Shown here one piece after another: positions 47,555 through 56,601 of a stretch of DNA of 64,000 nt (positions are counted from its first letter, which is position 1; the number at the start of each line of letters is the position of its first letter). The notes under the pieces are model-generated. The model worked only from the letters and a program-made list of their open reading frames with translations, was not told the DNA's origin and did no database searches. Both the position numbers and the translations under genes were made by a program. Origin of the DNA: Candidatus Faecicola pullistercoris (lineage in GTDB: Bacteria > Bacillota > Clostridia > Christensenellales > CAG-917); the NCBI GenBank assembly GCA_018714105.1, contig DVNW01000003.1, positions 18,265-82,264 of the forward strand, read 5' to 3'.

Positions 47555-49534
47555 TTATTTATAGTATTGTTTGTTTACGCCGCGTCTGTTTGCTTTGAAT
47601 TCGTCCATGGCGTCTTCCATGGCCTGTTTCATTTCTGCGGCTATTTCGGGGTAGACGTCGGCCCGGTTATAGTTTTCGCCCGAGTCGTCGGTGATTATGT
47701 GCAGCCAGTTTTTGCGCACGAGATTGAAAAATGCCGGGTTGTCGTTCTGCATCTTTTTGAAGTATTTGAACTGTAACCAGTCGTTGTCGGTTATTATTTC
47801 GTAATCGGAATAATTTTGGTTTATTTCGAGCAGGCGGTCGGTGTCTATCGTATACTGAATACCTTTAATCTGTTCGCGCTTCATATACAGTATAGGGTTG
47901 TCCGCGCCGTGGATGTAATCCTTTTCGCCCGTCAGCATGGGAATCATCGATACGCCGTCTATTTCGCGGTCGAAGGGCATGTAGTTTAAAGTCCGGCCGT
48001 TATTGCCCGTTATGCCGGCAAGCTCGACGAGAGTGGGATAAAGGTCTACGAGTACGGCCGAGCCCTCTACGCGGGTAGCGGAACCCGTAACCGCGCCTAC
48101 AGCCTCGGGATTAGCTTCCCACTTCATCATAAACGGGACTTTCTGTCCGCCTTCGTAAGCAAGGTACTTCCCGCCTCTTAGTTCGCCCGTAGAGCCTTGC
48201 AGGGCGGGGCCGTTATCCGAGGTGAAAACTATAACGGTATTGTCGTAAACGCCAAGCTCTTTCATGGTTTCGAACAGTTCGCCGAGATAGTAGTCGAACT
48301 CGGTTACGCAGTCGGCGTAAACGTCGAGACCCGTGGCCCCGTCGAATTCCTCGCCTACCGAAAGCGGCGCGTGCGGCCACGGAGTAGAGTAATAAGCAAA
48401 GAACGGAGCGTCGCCTTCCGCCGCGTCCGTGATGAAGGCCGTCATTTCTTCATGCAGTTTTTTGGTGACTCCCGCCTGACTTTCGCGGAGTTTTGCCGTT
48501 GTGAAATCGGGATCGGGCGTGGCTTCGCCGTTCTGTTCGGTAACAAAGTAATAAGGCGTCATGTCGTTTACCTGATATGAGCCGTAGAAATAATCGAAGC
48601 CCTGGTTTGTGGGCAGATACTGTCCGTAATCGCCCAGATGCCATTTGCCTATCGCGCCCGTATTGTAACCCGCGGCTTTGAAGGTTTCGGCCACGGTGAT
48701 TTCGTCGCCGAGCATACCGTCTACGTTATTGCCCAGTTCGAAAGAATTGTAATGACGCGTCATCGAGAAAGGAACAAAGCATTTTTCGGTGGGATACATT
48801 ACGTTGTCGGCATAGCCGCGGTAAGGATATCTGCCCGTCATCGCCGCAAAGCGGGAAGGAGAGCATACCGAATACGTAGCGTAAAAGTTTTCGAAATACA
48901 GACCGTTGTCGGCTATGGAGTCTATGTTCGGGGTATCGAAAATGGCGCCGTAACGGGATATATCCCCGTAACCGAGGTCGTCCATCAGTATAAAGAGCAC
49001 GTTTGGGCTGTTTGCCTTGGTTTTGTCGGCATCCACGCCGGCGAGATACTCGTCGTGCCCCTTTTGCAGACTGAACACTTTGGGCTTGGATTTAAGGTTC
49101 ATCGTAAGGGCGTATACCACCGAGGTCAGTATCAGTGCGACGCTCAGGCATACGGCCGCGGCAACCTGTCTGTGTTTTTTTACGTACAGGCTCACGTAAT
49201 ACAAAAACAATATCACGATAAACGACGGAAGCGCAAGCCCTATATTGCTTAACAGACGCATTCCGAAAGAGGCGTCCGCGCCCCATACGATATAATACAT
49301 GGTTATTCCGAAAGAGGCGGCAACGTATCCGTAAAAATACCATATGTTTATGCGCTTTCGGGTAACCGTGCCGAGAAAGAGCAAGGCCGATACGATACAG
49401 CAGTAAAGCGCGCTTATTACGGCTATGAGATTAAGCCGGACAATCCACAGCGCCAGCATCAGCAGAACGCCGAGCGCGCCTGTTATCACGGAAAACACCC
49501 GTATTTTGAAATTTACGCTCATACCTTTTTCCAT
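47555..49534 (-). CDS. Cys-type sulfatase with five N-terminal TM helices
   Basis: PNVLFILMDDLGYGD, CSPSR formylglycine motif, GKWHLG, SDNG; start moved to ATG 49534 after GAGGTG. Confidence 0.9.
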   Translation of the reverse strand: MEKGMSVNFKIRVFSVITGALGVLLMLALWIVRLNLIAVISALYCCIVSALLFLGTVTRKRINIWYFYGYVAASFGITMYYIVWGADASFGMRLLSNIGLALPSFIVILFLYYVSLYVKKHRQVAAAVCLSVALILTSVVYALTMNLKSKPKVFSLQKGHDEYLAGVDADKTKANSPNVLFILMDDLGYGDISRYGAIFDTPNIDSIADNGLYFENFYATYSVCSPSRFAAMTGRYPYRGYADNVMYPTEKCFVPFSMTRHYNSFELGNNVDGMLGDEITVAETFKAAGYNTGAIGKWHLGDYGQYLPTNQGFDYFYGSYQVNDMTPYYFVTEQNGEATPDPDFTTAKLRESQAGVTKKLHEEMTAFITDAAEGDAPFFAYYSTPWPHAPLSVGEEFDGATGLDVYADCVTEFDYYLGELFETMKELGVYDNTVIVFTSDNGPALQGSTGELRGGKYLAYEGGQKVPFMMKWEANPEAVGAVTGSATRVEGSAVLVDLYPTLVELAGITGNNGRTLNYMPFDREIDGVSMIPMLTGEKDYIHGADNPILYMKREQIKGIQYTIDTDRLLEINQNYSDYEIITDNDWLQFKYFKKMQNDNPAFFNLVRKNWLHIITDDSGENYNRADVYPEIAAEMKQAMEDAMDEFKANRRGVNKQYYK

Positions 49535-49668
49535 ATACACCTCACAAGCGGTCGCGTAACCGTATAATTCGATTATACAGTAAGGCAAGCCGTTTGTAAA
49601 CGCAAATAAAAATAAAATATCCGCTCATTTGATTTTGCTAAGCGGCCGATGCGGAGTATAATAAGGTT

Positions 49669-50946
49669 ATGGAACCCTTGCTATTTAACGAAATTCAAAA
49701 GTATGCCGACAGAGCCGCCGTCCGTTTTCACATGCCGGGCCATTCGGGCGAGAAAACCGACGCTCTTTACGCGAGCGCGCCTTACGATATAACCGAACTG
49801 CCTTTTTCCGACAACCTTCAAAATCCGACAGGGATAATAAAAGAAGCGGAAGAACGCGCCGCCACGGCGTACGGCGGCCGCCATGCACTTTATCTTACCC
49901 AGGGCGCAACGGCGGCGCTTTTCTGCGCGATAGGCGCGTCCGCCGGACGAGGGGACAAGGTGCTGGTGGAAAGAGCTTGTCATAAATCGGTGTATTCGGC
50001 CGTGCGCTTTTTCGGGCTTAAGGCCGAGTACGTGTATCCCGACTTCGACGAAAACGGAATTCCGCTCGCGCTGACGGCACGCAAGGCCGAGGAGGCGATA
50101 GACCGACATCCCGACGCCGTCGCGTTTATTTTCAACGCGTGCAACTATTTCGGAAGGGCGGCGGACGCGCAAGCGGCCGAAGCGGCCAAAGCGGCGGGAA
50201 TGACCGTTATTGCCGATCAGGCCCACGGAGCTCATTATCCTTTTTACGACAATCTGCCGGACGGGTTTTCGGAAACCGCCGATTTTTGTGCCGTCAGCCT
50301 GCACAAAACGCTTGACGTCTACACCGGAGGCGCTTTGCTTATTGTCAATAACGAAGGTTTATATGATAAAACCTGCTCGTTAAGGGCGGATTTGCATACT
50401 ACAAGCCCGTCTTATCTTGTTATGGCGTCTATGGACAAGGCGGTTTGCGATATGTATAACGAGGGGCGGAAAACATATGCCGAAATCGAAAAAACCGTAA
50501 AGGAATTCAAAAAGAACAGCAATATCGTTTTTGCGGAAAACGACGATTTTACCAGGCTGGTAACGCTAGGCCTTGATAAAAACAAACTTGCGGCCGCAAA
50601 CATCGAAAAGGAAGCGCAGTGGGGCGACGCGGACGTTTTCATACTGACTCCGTCGAACTATAAAAAGACAGAACTTTTAAAAAATTGCGCGGGCGGACAA
50701 CTCCGTTCGGGCCGACGGCCTTATTTGCCCTTGCCCGTCAAGGGCGTCGCGGGCGACAGGTACGAGTTTGTCGACCTTGAAAAAGCAGAGGGGAGAACGG
50801 CTTACAAAGAGGCCGGAATTTACCCTCCGGGAATTCCCGCGGTGGCTTACGGCGAGAAAATTACGGCCGATATACTTAAACTTTTTTCCGAAAACGAGGT
50901 GTTCGGACTTGTGAACGGGAAAATTTGTGTTATAATAGATAAGTAA
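49669..50946 (+). CDS. Orn/Lys/Arg decarboxylase-family PLP enzyme (YaaO-like)
   Basis: FHMPGH, DITE, CHKS, DQAHG, SLHKT, YPPGIP; upstream of tmk. Confidence 0.85.
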   Translation: MEPLLFNEIQKYADRAAVRFHMPGHSGEKTDALYASAPYDITELPFSDNLQNPTGIIKEAEERAATAYGGRHALYLTQGATAALFCAIGASAGRGDKVLVERACHKSVYSAVRFFGLKAEYVYPDFDENGIPLALTARKAEEAIDRHPDAVAFIFNACNYFGRAADAQAAEAAKAAGMTVIADQAHGAHYPFYDNLPDGFSETADFCAVSLHKTLDVYTGGALLIVNNEGLYDKTCSLRADLHTTSPSYLVMASMDKAVCDMYNEGRKTYAEIEKTVKEFKKNSNIVFAENDDFTRLVTLGLDKNKLAAANIEKEAQWGDADVFILTPSNYKKTELLKNCAGGQLRSGRRPYLPLPVKGVAGDRYEFVDLEKAEGRTAYKEAGIYPPGIPAVAYGEKITADILKLFSENEVFGLVNGKICVIIDK

Positions 50947-50972
50947 TTTAAGTTTATACGTTCAGGTGAAAC

Positions 50973-51602
50973 ATGAAAGGAAAACTCGTAACCTTCGAAG
51001 GTTGTGAGGGTGTGGGAAAATCCACGCAGCTCAAACAGCTTCAGGCCTATCTCGAAAAGACGGGACAAAAAGCTCTTTTTACCAGGGAGCCGGGCGGCAA
51101 CGCCATTTCCGAACAGATCAGGGCGGTAATTCTCAATCCCGAAAACAAGGAAATGTCTCCGATATGCGAGGCTCTTCTTTACGCCGCGGCCAGGGCTCAG
51201 CTTGTGGAAAAGGTTATACAGCCCGCGCTTGAAAGGGGCGAACTCGTTATATGCGACCGTTTCGTGGATTCCTCCGTGGCATATCAGGGAGGAGCAAGAG
51301 GGCTGGGCGCGGAAACCGTCATAGCCATCAACGATTACGCGCTTAAAGGGCTCAAGCCCGATCTGACCGTATTTATCGACCTTCCGCCCGAGAGGTCGTT
51401 CAGGAGCAGGACCAAGGCCTTGTCGCTGGAAGACCGCTTCGAAAACGAGAATCAGGAATTTCATAAAAAGGTTTACGAGGGATATATAAGGGCGGCCGAG
51501 CTTTCGCAAGGGCGTATAGTCAAGGTCGAGCCGTGCGCCGACAAGGCGCAGACCACGGCCAAAATAATCAATCTGCTCAGGCAAAAGGGCATTATCGTAT
51601 GA
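50973..51602 (+). CDS. tmk: Thymidylate kinase
   Basis: FEGCEGVGKST, TREPG, CDRF, AYQG, DRFE. Confidence 0.96.
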   Translation: MKGKLVTFEGCEGVGKSTQLKQLQAYLEKTGQKALFTREPGGNAISEQIRAVILNPENKEMSPICEALLYAAARAQLVEKVIQPALERGELVICDRFVDSSVAYQGGARGLGAETVIAINDYALKGLKPDLTVFIDLPPERSFRSRTKALSLEDRFENENQEFHKKVYEGYIRAAELSQGRIVKVEPCADKAQTTAKIINLLRQKGIIV

Positions 51603-52570
51603 TTTTATTCGGGGACAGGCTCAAAAACAGCGCCGCTTACAAAAGCGTGGAAAGAGATATAGTTTCTGGCAACATCGCCCACGCTTACATGCTGGTTTCG
51701 CCCGACGGAAAGGCAACGGGCAGTCTTATAAAGCTGATAGCCATGCGGATATTCTGCAAAAAGGGCGGCTGCGGCCTCTGTCCCGAGTGCAAAAAAGTTC
51801 TTAGCGGCAACCATTCGGACATAGTATACGTAAACGCCGACGAGGGAAAAATAGGCGTTGAAACGGTAAACGCCATGGTGGAAGATACCTATATTCTTTC
51901 CAACGAAGGCGGATACAAGCTGTATTTCGTGCTTTCGGCCGAGCAGATGAACGCGGCGGCGCAGAACAAACTTTTGAAAACGCTCGAAGAGCCGCCCGAA
52001 AACGTGATTATATTTCTTGCGGTAAAAAACGCGGCGGCCATGTACGACACGATAAAGTCGCGCGTCAGAACGGTAAGGCTTGACGTGTTTTCCCGACAGG
52101 AGATTTACGACGAAATCGTCAAAACCGCCTCGCCCGAAAAAGCCGCGACAGCAGCCGCCTGTGCCGACGGAATGCTGGGCAAAGCGCTAGATATAGCAAC
52201 GTCCGAAACCTATTCCGAAGTTTACGACAAGGCCTTTTGGATATTACTTAATATAACCAAAAGCAAGGATATTTCGTCGGTTTTGAACGATAAAGTATTC
52301 TCTAAGGACAATTTTCCCGTTTTACTTGACGTTTTAAGCGTGATATTCGGGGACGTGGCCGAGGTCGCGGCAAACCCTGTTTGCGCGGAAAGCAAACAGC
52401 GGGGGGACGCTATTAAAAAACTTGCCGCGGAGTTTACCCCCAAGGCTGCCGCCGCCGTAATTTTCGCGCTTAACGAAAACAGAAAAATGCTGAACTACAA
52501 TACCTCTTCGGTATCGGTTGCGGAAAATATGCTTTTTAAAATTCTGGAGGTCAAACATTTATGTCGGTAG
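51599..52570 (+). CDS. holB: DNA polymerase III delta' subunit
   Basis: HAYM, CGLCPEC zinc module, AAQNKLLKTLEEPP, TIKSR; tmk-holB-ricT synteny. Confidence 0.9.
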   Translation: MILFGDRLKNSAAYKSVERDIVSGNIAHAYMLVSPDGKATGSLIKLIAMRIFCKKGGCGLCPECKKVLSGNHSDIVYVNADEGKIGVETVNAMVEDTYILSNEGGYKLYFVLSAEQMNAAAQNKLLKTLEEPPENVIIFLAVKNAAAMYDTIKSRVRTVRLDVFSRQEIYDEIVKTASPEKAATAAACADGMLGKALDIATSETYSEVYDKAFWILLNITKSKDISSVLNDKVFSKDNFPVLLDVLSVIFGDVAEVAANPVCAESKQRGDAIKKLAAEFTPKAAAAVIFALNENRKMLNYNTSSVSVAENMLFKILEVKHLCR

Positions 52571-53433
52571 TAATCGGTGTAAAATTCAAAAGTTCCAACA
52601 AGATATATTATTTCAGCCCCGAGGGAACGGAGTTCTCCGAAGGGGAAGGAGTTATCGTCGAAACGGCCCGAGGCGTGGAGTACGGCAAGGTAATGGCGGC
52701 AAACAAGGAAGTGCCCGAAAGCGAGATAGTTCCGCCGCTTAAACCCGTTATCCGAAAGGCGACGCCCGCCGACGACAAACAGCTCGAAGCCAACGAAAAA
52801 CTTAAAGAAAACGCGCTGAAAACGGCGGCCGAAAAAATAGCCAGACATAACCTCGTTATGAAACTCGTGGACGCCGAATATACTTTTGACAGAAACAAGG
52901 TCATACTTTATTTCACCGCCGACGGGCGTATAGATTTCCGCGAGCTGGTAAAGGATCTGGCCTCTGCGCTCAAAGTCAGGATAGAGCTTAGGCAGATTTA
53001 CGAAAGAGACGACACCAAAATGCGCGGGGCGCTGGCCGCTTGCGGCAGACCGTGCTGCTGCGCGACGCATCTTCCTGATTTTGAGAAAGTTTCGGTGAAA
53101 ATGGCCAAAATTCAGGGACTAAGCCTCAACCCTTCCAAAATCAGCGGAGTATGCGGCAGGCTTATGTGCTGTCTGAAATACGAAAACGACTACTATGCCG
53201 AAATGTTCAAGAAAATGCCCAAGGTGGGCAGCCGCGCTCATACCCCCGACGGAGAGGGTATAGTGGAAAGCAACGACATATTGCGTCAGAAAGTCAAGGT
53301 AAAAGTTTTGCAGTCCGACGACAGCTACGAGATTAAAACTTACAGCCTGGATCAGATAAAAGCAAAGGTGCATCAGTCCGAAAGCGACGCCGAAGCCGTT
53401 ATAGACGAAAGCCTTAAATCTATAATGGATTGA
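52561..53433 (+). CDS. ricT: PSP1-domain protein RicT (YaaT)
   Basis: RIDFRELVKDL, RIELRQI, CGRPCCC, KISGVCGRLMCCLKYE. Confidence 0.92.
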   Translation: MSVVIGVKFKSSNKIYYFSPEGTEFSEGEGVIVETARGVEYGKVMAANKEVPESEIVPPLKPVIRKATPADDKQLEANEKLKENALKTAAEKIARHNLVMKLVDAEYTFDRNKVILYFTADGRIDFRELVKDLASALKVRIELRQIYERDDTKMRGALAACGRPCCCATHLPDFEKVSVKMAKIQGLSLNPSKISGVCGRLMCCLKYENDYYAEMFKKMPKVGSRAHTPDGEGIVESNDILRQKVKVKVLQSDDSYEIKTYSLDQIKAKVHQSESDAEAVIDESLKSIMD

Positions 53434-53516
53434 CAACATTTTGTTAAAATCGCTTTGCAACCGCCTTTTTCGGTGGTATAATATAAATACAAAATCTTAT
53501 TAAGGAGAGTTTTATT

Positions 53517-53687
53517 ATGGCACACAAAATCAGCGACGATTGTATCAGTTGCGGCGCTTGCGCAGACACCTGCCCCGTAGGAGCTATTTCTCAAGGCAGC
53601 GACCATTACGAAATTGACGCAAACGAATGCATAGATTGCGGAGCTTGTGAAGGCGGTTGCCCCGTAAGCGCAATTTCCGAAGAGTAA
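53517..53687 (+). CDS. 2[4Fe-4S] clostridial-type ferredoxin
   Basis: Hand translation MAHKISDDCISCGACADTCPVGAISQGSDHYEIDANECIDCGACEGGCPVSAISEE*; AAGGAG RBS; own promoter and terminator. Confidence 0.95.
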   Translation: MAHKISDDCISCGACADTCPVGAISQGSDHYEIDANECIDCGACEGGCPVSAISEE

Positions 53688-53852
53688 TAACTCAAACAAA
53701 TGGAAAAAGGCGAAAGCCTTTTTTTCATATCTGCGGTTTAAAGGCTTGCGGGTTGTTGACAAGCCGCACCGCTTTTTGCTAATATCTCATTATCAAATAA
53801 AGGCAGACGGCGAGTTTTAGTTTATTGCCTTGCCGGTTGTCGGGAGGAATTA

Positions 53853-56510
53853 ATGAATCAATGGCACTCTTTAAATAAAGAAAAGGTTATGGAAAGTTTT
53901 TCCGTGGGCGCGGAAGGGCTTTCGCGGGAGGAAGCGGCCGCCGGGCTCGAAAAGTACGGGAAAAACGAATTGCAGAAGGCGCGAAAAAAATCCCTGTTGC
54001 AAAAGTTTTTCGCCCAGTTCAAGGACGTTATGATAATCGTTCTGATTGTCGCCGCCCTGATATCGGCGGTTATCGCCGTCGCGAGAAAGGAATACGGAGA
54101 ACTTGTAGACAGCGGCATCATACTGCTTATAGTAATTCTGAACGCAGTAATCGGGCTCGTGCAGGAGAACAAGGCCGAAGCCGCGCTTGACGCCTTGCAG
54201 AACATGAACAAGCCTTTTTCCAAAGTGGTCAGGGGCGGAGACGTGGTTCAGATACGCAGCGAGGAGATAGTTCCCGGAGACATTGTCAACCTCGAAGCGG
54301 GGGATATTGTGCCCGCCGACCTCAGGCTGATAAGCTGTTCTTCGCTGAAAATAGAGGAGGCCGCGCTTACGGGCGAGTCCGTGCCTGCGGAAAAGGACGC
54401 GGACGCCGTCATCGGGGAAGACGCGCCTCTTGGCGACCGCAGCAATATGGCATACAGCGGGGGCGTGGTGACTTACGGACGAGGTCAGGGCGTAACCGTG
54501 GCTACGGGAATGAATACCGAAGTCGGCAAAATAGCCAAAATGCTGGGCGCGGCCGAGCAGCAGATTACTCCTTTGCAGAAACAGCTGGCAAAAACGGCAA
54601 AGATACTCAGCATTGCCGTTCTGGCGGTTGCGGCGGTCATCTTTGCGGTCAGCGTGATACGCAAAACGGAAATAGTTGAGGCCTTTATGACGGCGGTAGC
54701 CATTGCCGTTGCCGCCATACCCGAGGGGCTGCCCGCCGTGGTAACCATAGTTCTGGCGCTCGGCGTGCAGAAGATGAGCAAGCGCAACGCCATAATAAAA
54801 AATCTTCCCGCAGTTGAAACGCTGGGCTGCTGCGAGGTAATTTGTTCGGATAAGACGGGAACGCTTACGCTCAACAAAATGACGGTTAAAGCCATGTATA
54901 CGCTGTCCTCGGGAGTGCTTTCCGCCGGTGATACGTCTTTGGAGGGCGACACGGGCCTTGCGGTAAAAGCCATGGTTCTTTGTAACGATACGGTAAAAAC
55001 CGCCGAAGGCGAGCTGATAGGTGACCCCACTGAAACGGCTTTGGTGGAGTTTTACGAAAGTTTGGGCGGAGATTACCGCCTTCTCACTTCGGCCGCCGTC
55101 AGGACGGACGAAATCCCCTTCGACAGCGTGCGTAAAACAATGAGCACGGTAAATATGGAAAACGGCGTTCTTACGGGTTATATCAAGGGCGCTACCGACG
55201 TGCTGCTCAACAAGTGCGCGTATATATCGGATAACGGGACGGTAAGAAAAATAGAACAGGCCGACAAAGACGCGGTCAGAAAGGCCACCAAAGCCATGGC
55301 GGACAAGGCGCTCAGAGTTCTGGGAATTGCCGTCAAGCACGACAATCTTGATAAAAACGACCTTGAAAACGATATGATTTTCGTTGGCGCGGTGGGAATG
55401 ATAGATCCTCCCAGGCCCGAGGTTAAAGAGGCCGTCAGAGTTTGCAAACAGGCGGGTATGCGCCCCGTTATGATTACCGGCGACCATATCGATACGGCAA
55501 AGGCAATAGCTGCCGAAATAGGTATTCTCGGACAGGACGACAAGGTTATGACCGGCGCAGAAATCGATCGGGTTCCCGACGACGAATTTGCGGCTATGAT
55601 TCACGAATACGCCGTGTTCGCAAGGGTAAGCCCCGAAAACAAGGTTAAAATCGTAAAGGCCTTTAAGGCAAACGCCAAGACGGTGGCTATGACGGGCGAC
55701 GGCGTCAACGACGCACCTTCCATCAAGGAGGCGGATATAGGCATCGGCATGGGCATTACGGGTACCGAAGTCAGCAAGGGAGCGGCCGACATGGTACTTA
55801 CCGACGACAATTTCGCAACCATCGTCGGCGCGGTCGAGGAAGGTCGTAAAATTTACAGCAACATAAAAAAAGCCATACAGTTTTTGCTGTCGGCCAATAT
55901 CGCCGAGGTGCTTTGCCTGTTTATTGCAACGGTATTTATGAAAGTAACTTTTCTTACTCCCGTCATGATTTTGTGGGTCAATCTGGTAACCGACTCCTTG
56001 CCCGCTCTTTCGCTCGGCATGGAAAAGGCCGAAAACGACGTAATGAACTACCCGCCCAGAAAATCGGGCAGCAGCCTTTTTGCCGGAAAAACGGGTAAGG
56101 ATATAATTATTCAGGGCATAATGCAGACGGCTTTGGTAATGCTGAGCTTCTGCATAGGCAATTACGTTTTGCCCGACGGCGTTCAGAATCACGACGTGGC
56201 CATGACGATGGGCTTCGTAAGTCTGTGCTTCATTCAGCTTTTCCACAGCTACAATTTAAGGTCGCAGTCGCAAAGCGTGTTCAACCGCAAGATGTTCGAC
56301 AATAAATATCTCAACATTTCTTTCGTCATAGGCGCGGTACTCATAACGGGCGTAATCCTGATACGCCCGATAGGAAACCTTTTCAGCACTTCGCCGTTGA
56401 CTACGGTCGAATGGGCGATAAGTCTGGCCGTGGCGTTTGCCGTCATACCGCTTGTGGAAATACAGAAAATCATCGAAAAAGCGGTTGAAAAAGCAAAAGC
56501 AGGAAAATAA
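53853..56510 (+). CDS. P-type IIA cation (Ca2+)-transporting ATPase
   Basis: TGES, IPEGL, DKTGT, GDPTE, KGA, TGD, GDGVND. Confidence 0.93.
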   Translation: MNQWHSLNKEKVMESFSVGAEGLSREEAAAGLEKYGKNELQKARKKSLLQKFFAQFKDVMIIVLIVAALISAVIAVARKEYGELVDSGIILLIVILNAVIGLVQENKAEAALDALQNMNKPFSKVVRGGDVVQIRSEEIVPGDIVNLEAGDIVPADLRLISCSSLKIEEAALTGESVPAEKDADAVIGEDAPLGDRSNMAYSGGVVTYGRGQGVTVATGMNTEVGKIAKMLGAAEQQITPLQKQLAKTAKILSIAVLAVAAVIFAVSVIRKTEIVEAFMTAVAIAVAAIPEGLPAVVTIVLALGVQKMSKRNAIIKNLPAVETLGCCEVICSDKTGTLTLNKMTVKAMYTLSSGVLSAGDTSLEGDTGLAVKAMVLCNDTVKTAEGELIGDPTETALVEFYESLGGDYRLLTSAAVRTDEIPFDSVRKTMSTVNMENGVLTGYIKGATDVLLNKCAYISDNGTVRKIEQADKDAVRKATKAMADKALRVLGIAVKHDNLDKNDLENDMIFVGAVGMIDPPRPEVKEAVRVCKQAGMRPVMITGDHIDTAKAIAAEIGILGQDDKVMTGAEIDRVPDDEFAAMIHEYAVFARVSPENKVKIVKAFKANAKTVAMTGDGVNDAPSIKEADIGIGMGITGTEVSKGAADMVLTDDNFATIVGAVEEGRKIYSNIKKAIQFLLSANIAEVLCLFIATVFMKVTFLTPVMILWVNLVTDSLPALSLGMEKAENDVMNYPPRKSGSSLFAGKTGKDIIIQGIMQTALVMLSFCIGNYVLPDGVQNHDVAMTMGFVSLCFIQLFHSYNLRSQSQSVFNRKMFDNKYLNISFVIGAVLITGVILIRPIGNLFSTSPLTTVEWAISLAVAFAVIPLVEIQKIIEKAVEKAKAGK

Positions 56511-56601
56511 AACAATTCAGAAAGGCCGCCGAGGCCTTTTTGTTTTATCCGGCTTGACAAAAGGGCGAATGGCCTGTTAAAACAAAATCGGAGAACAGAC
56601 T

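Noticed and set aside
53756-53852. yybP-ykoY or other riboswitch upstream of the P-type ATPase
   Set aside because: Leader is short and shows only a weak AAGGCA/TGCCTT pairing; conserved riboswitch motifs not recognised
53871-56246. 791-aa minus-strand ORF
   Set aside because: Antisense shadow of the P-type ATPase; the same applies to the other long antisense ORFs (e.g. 22634-24016, 29124-30326, 41712-42959)
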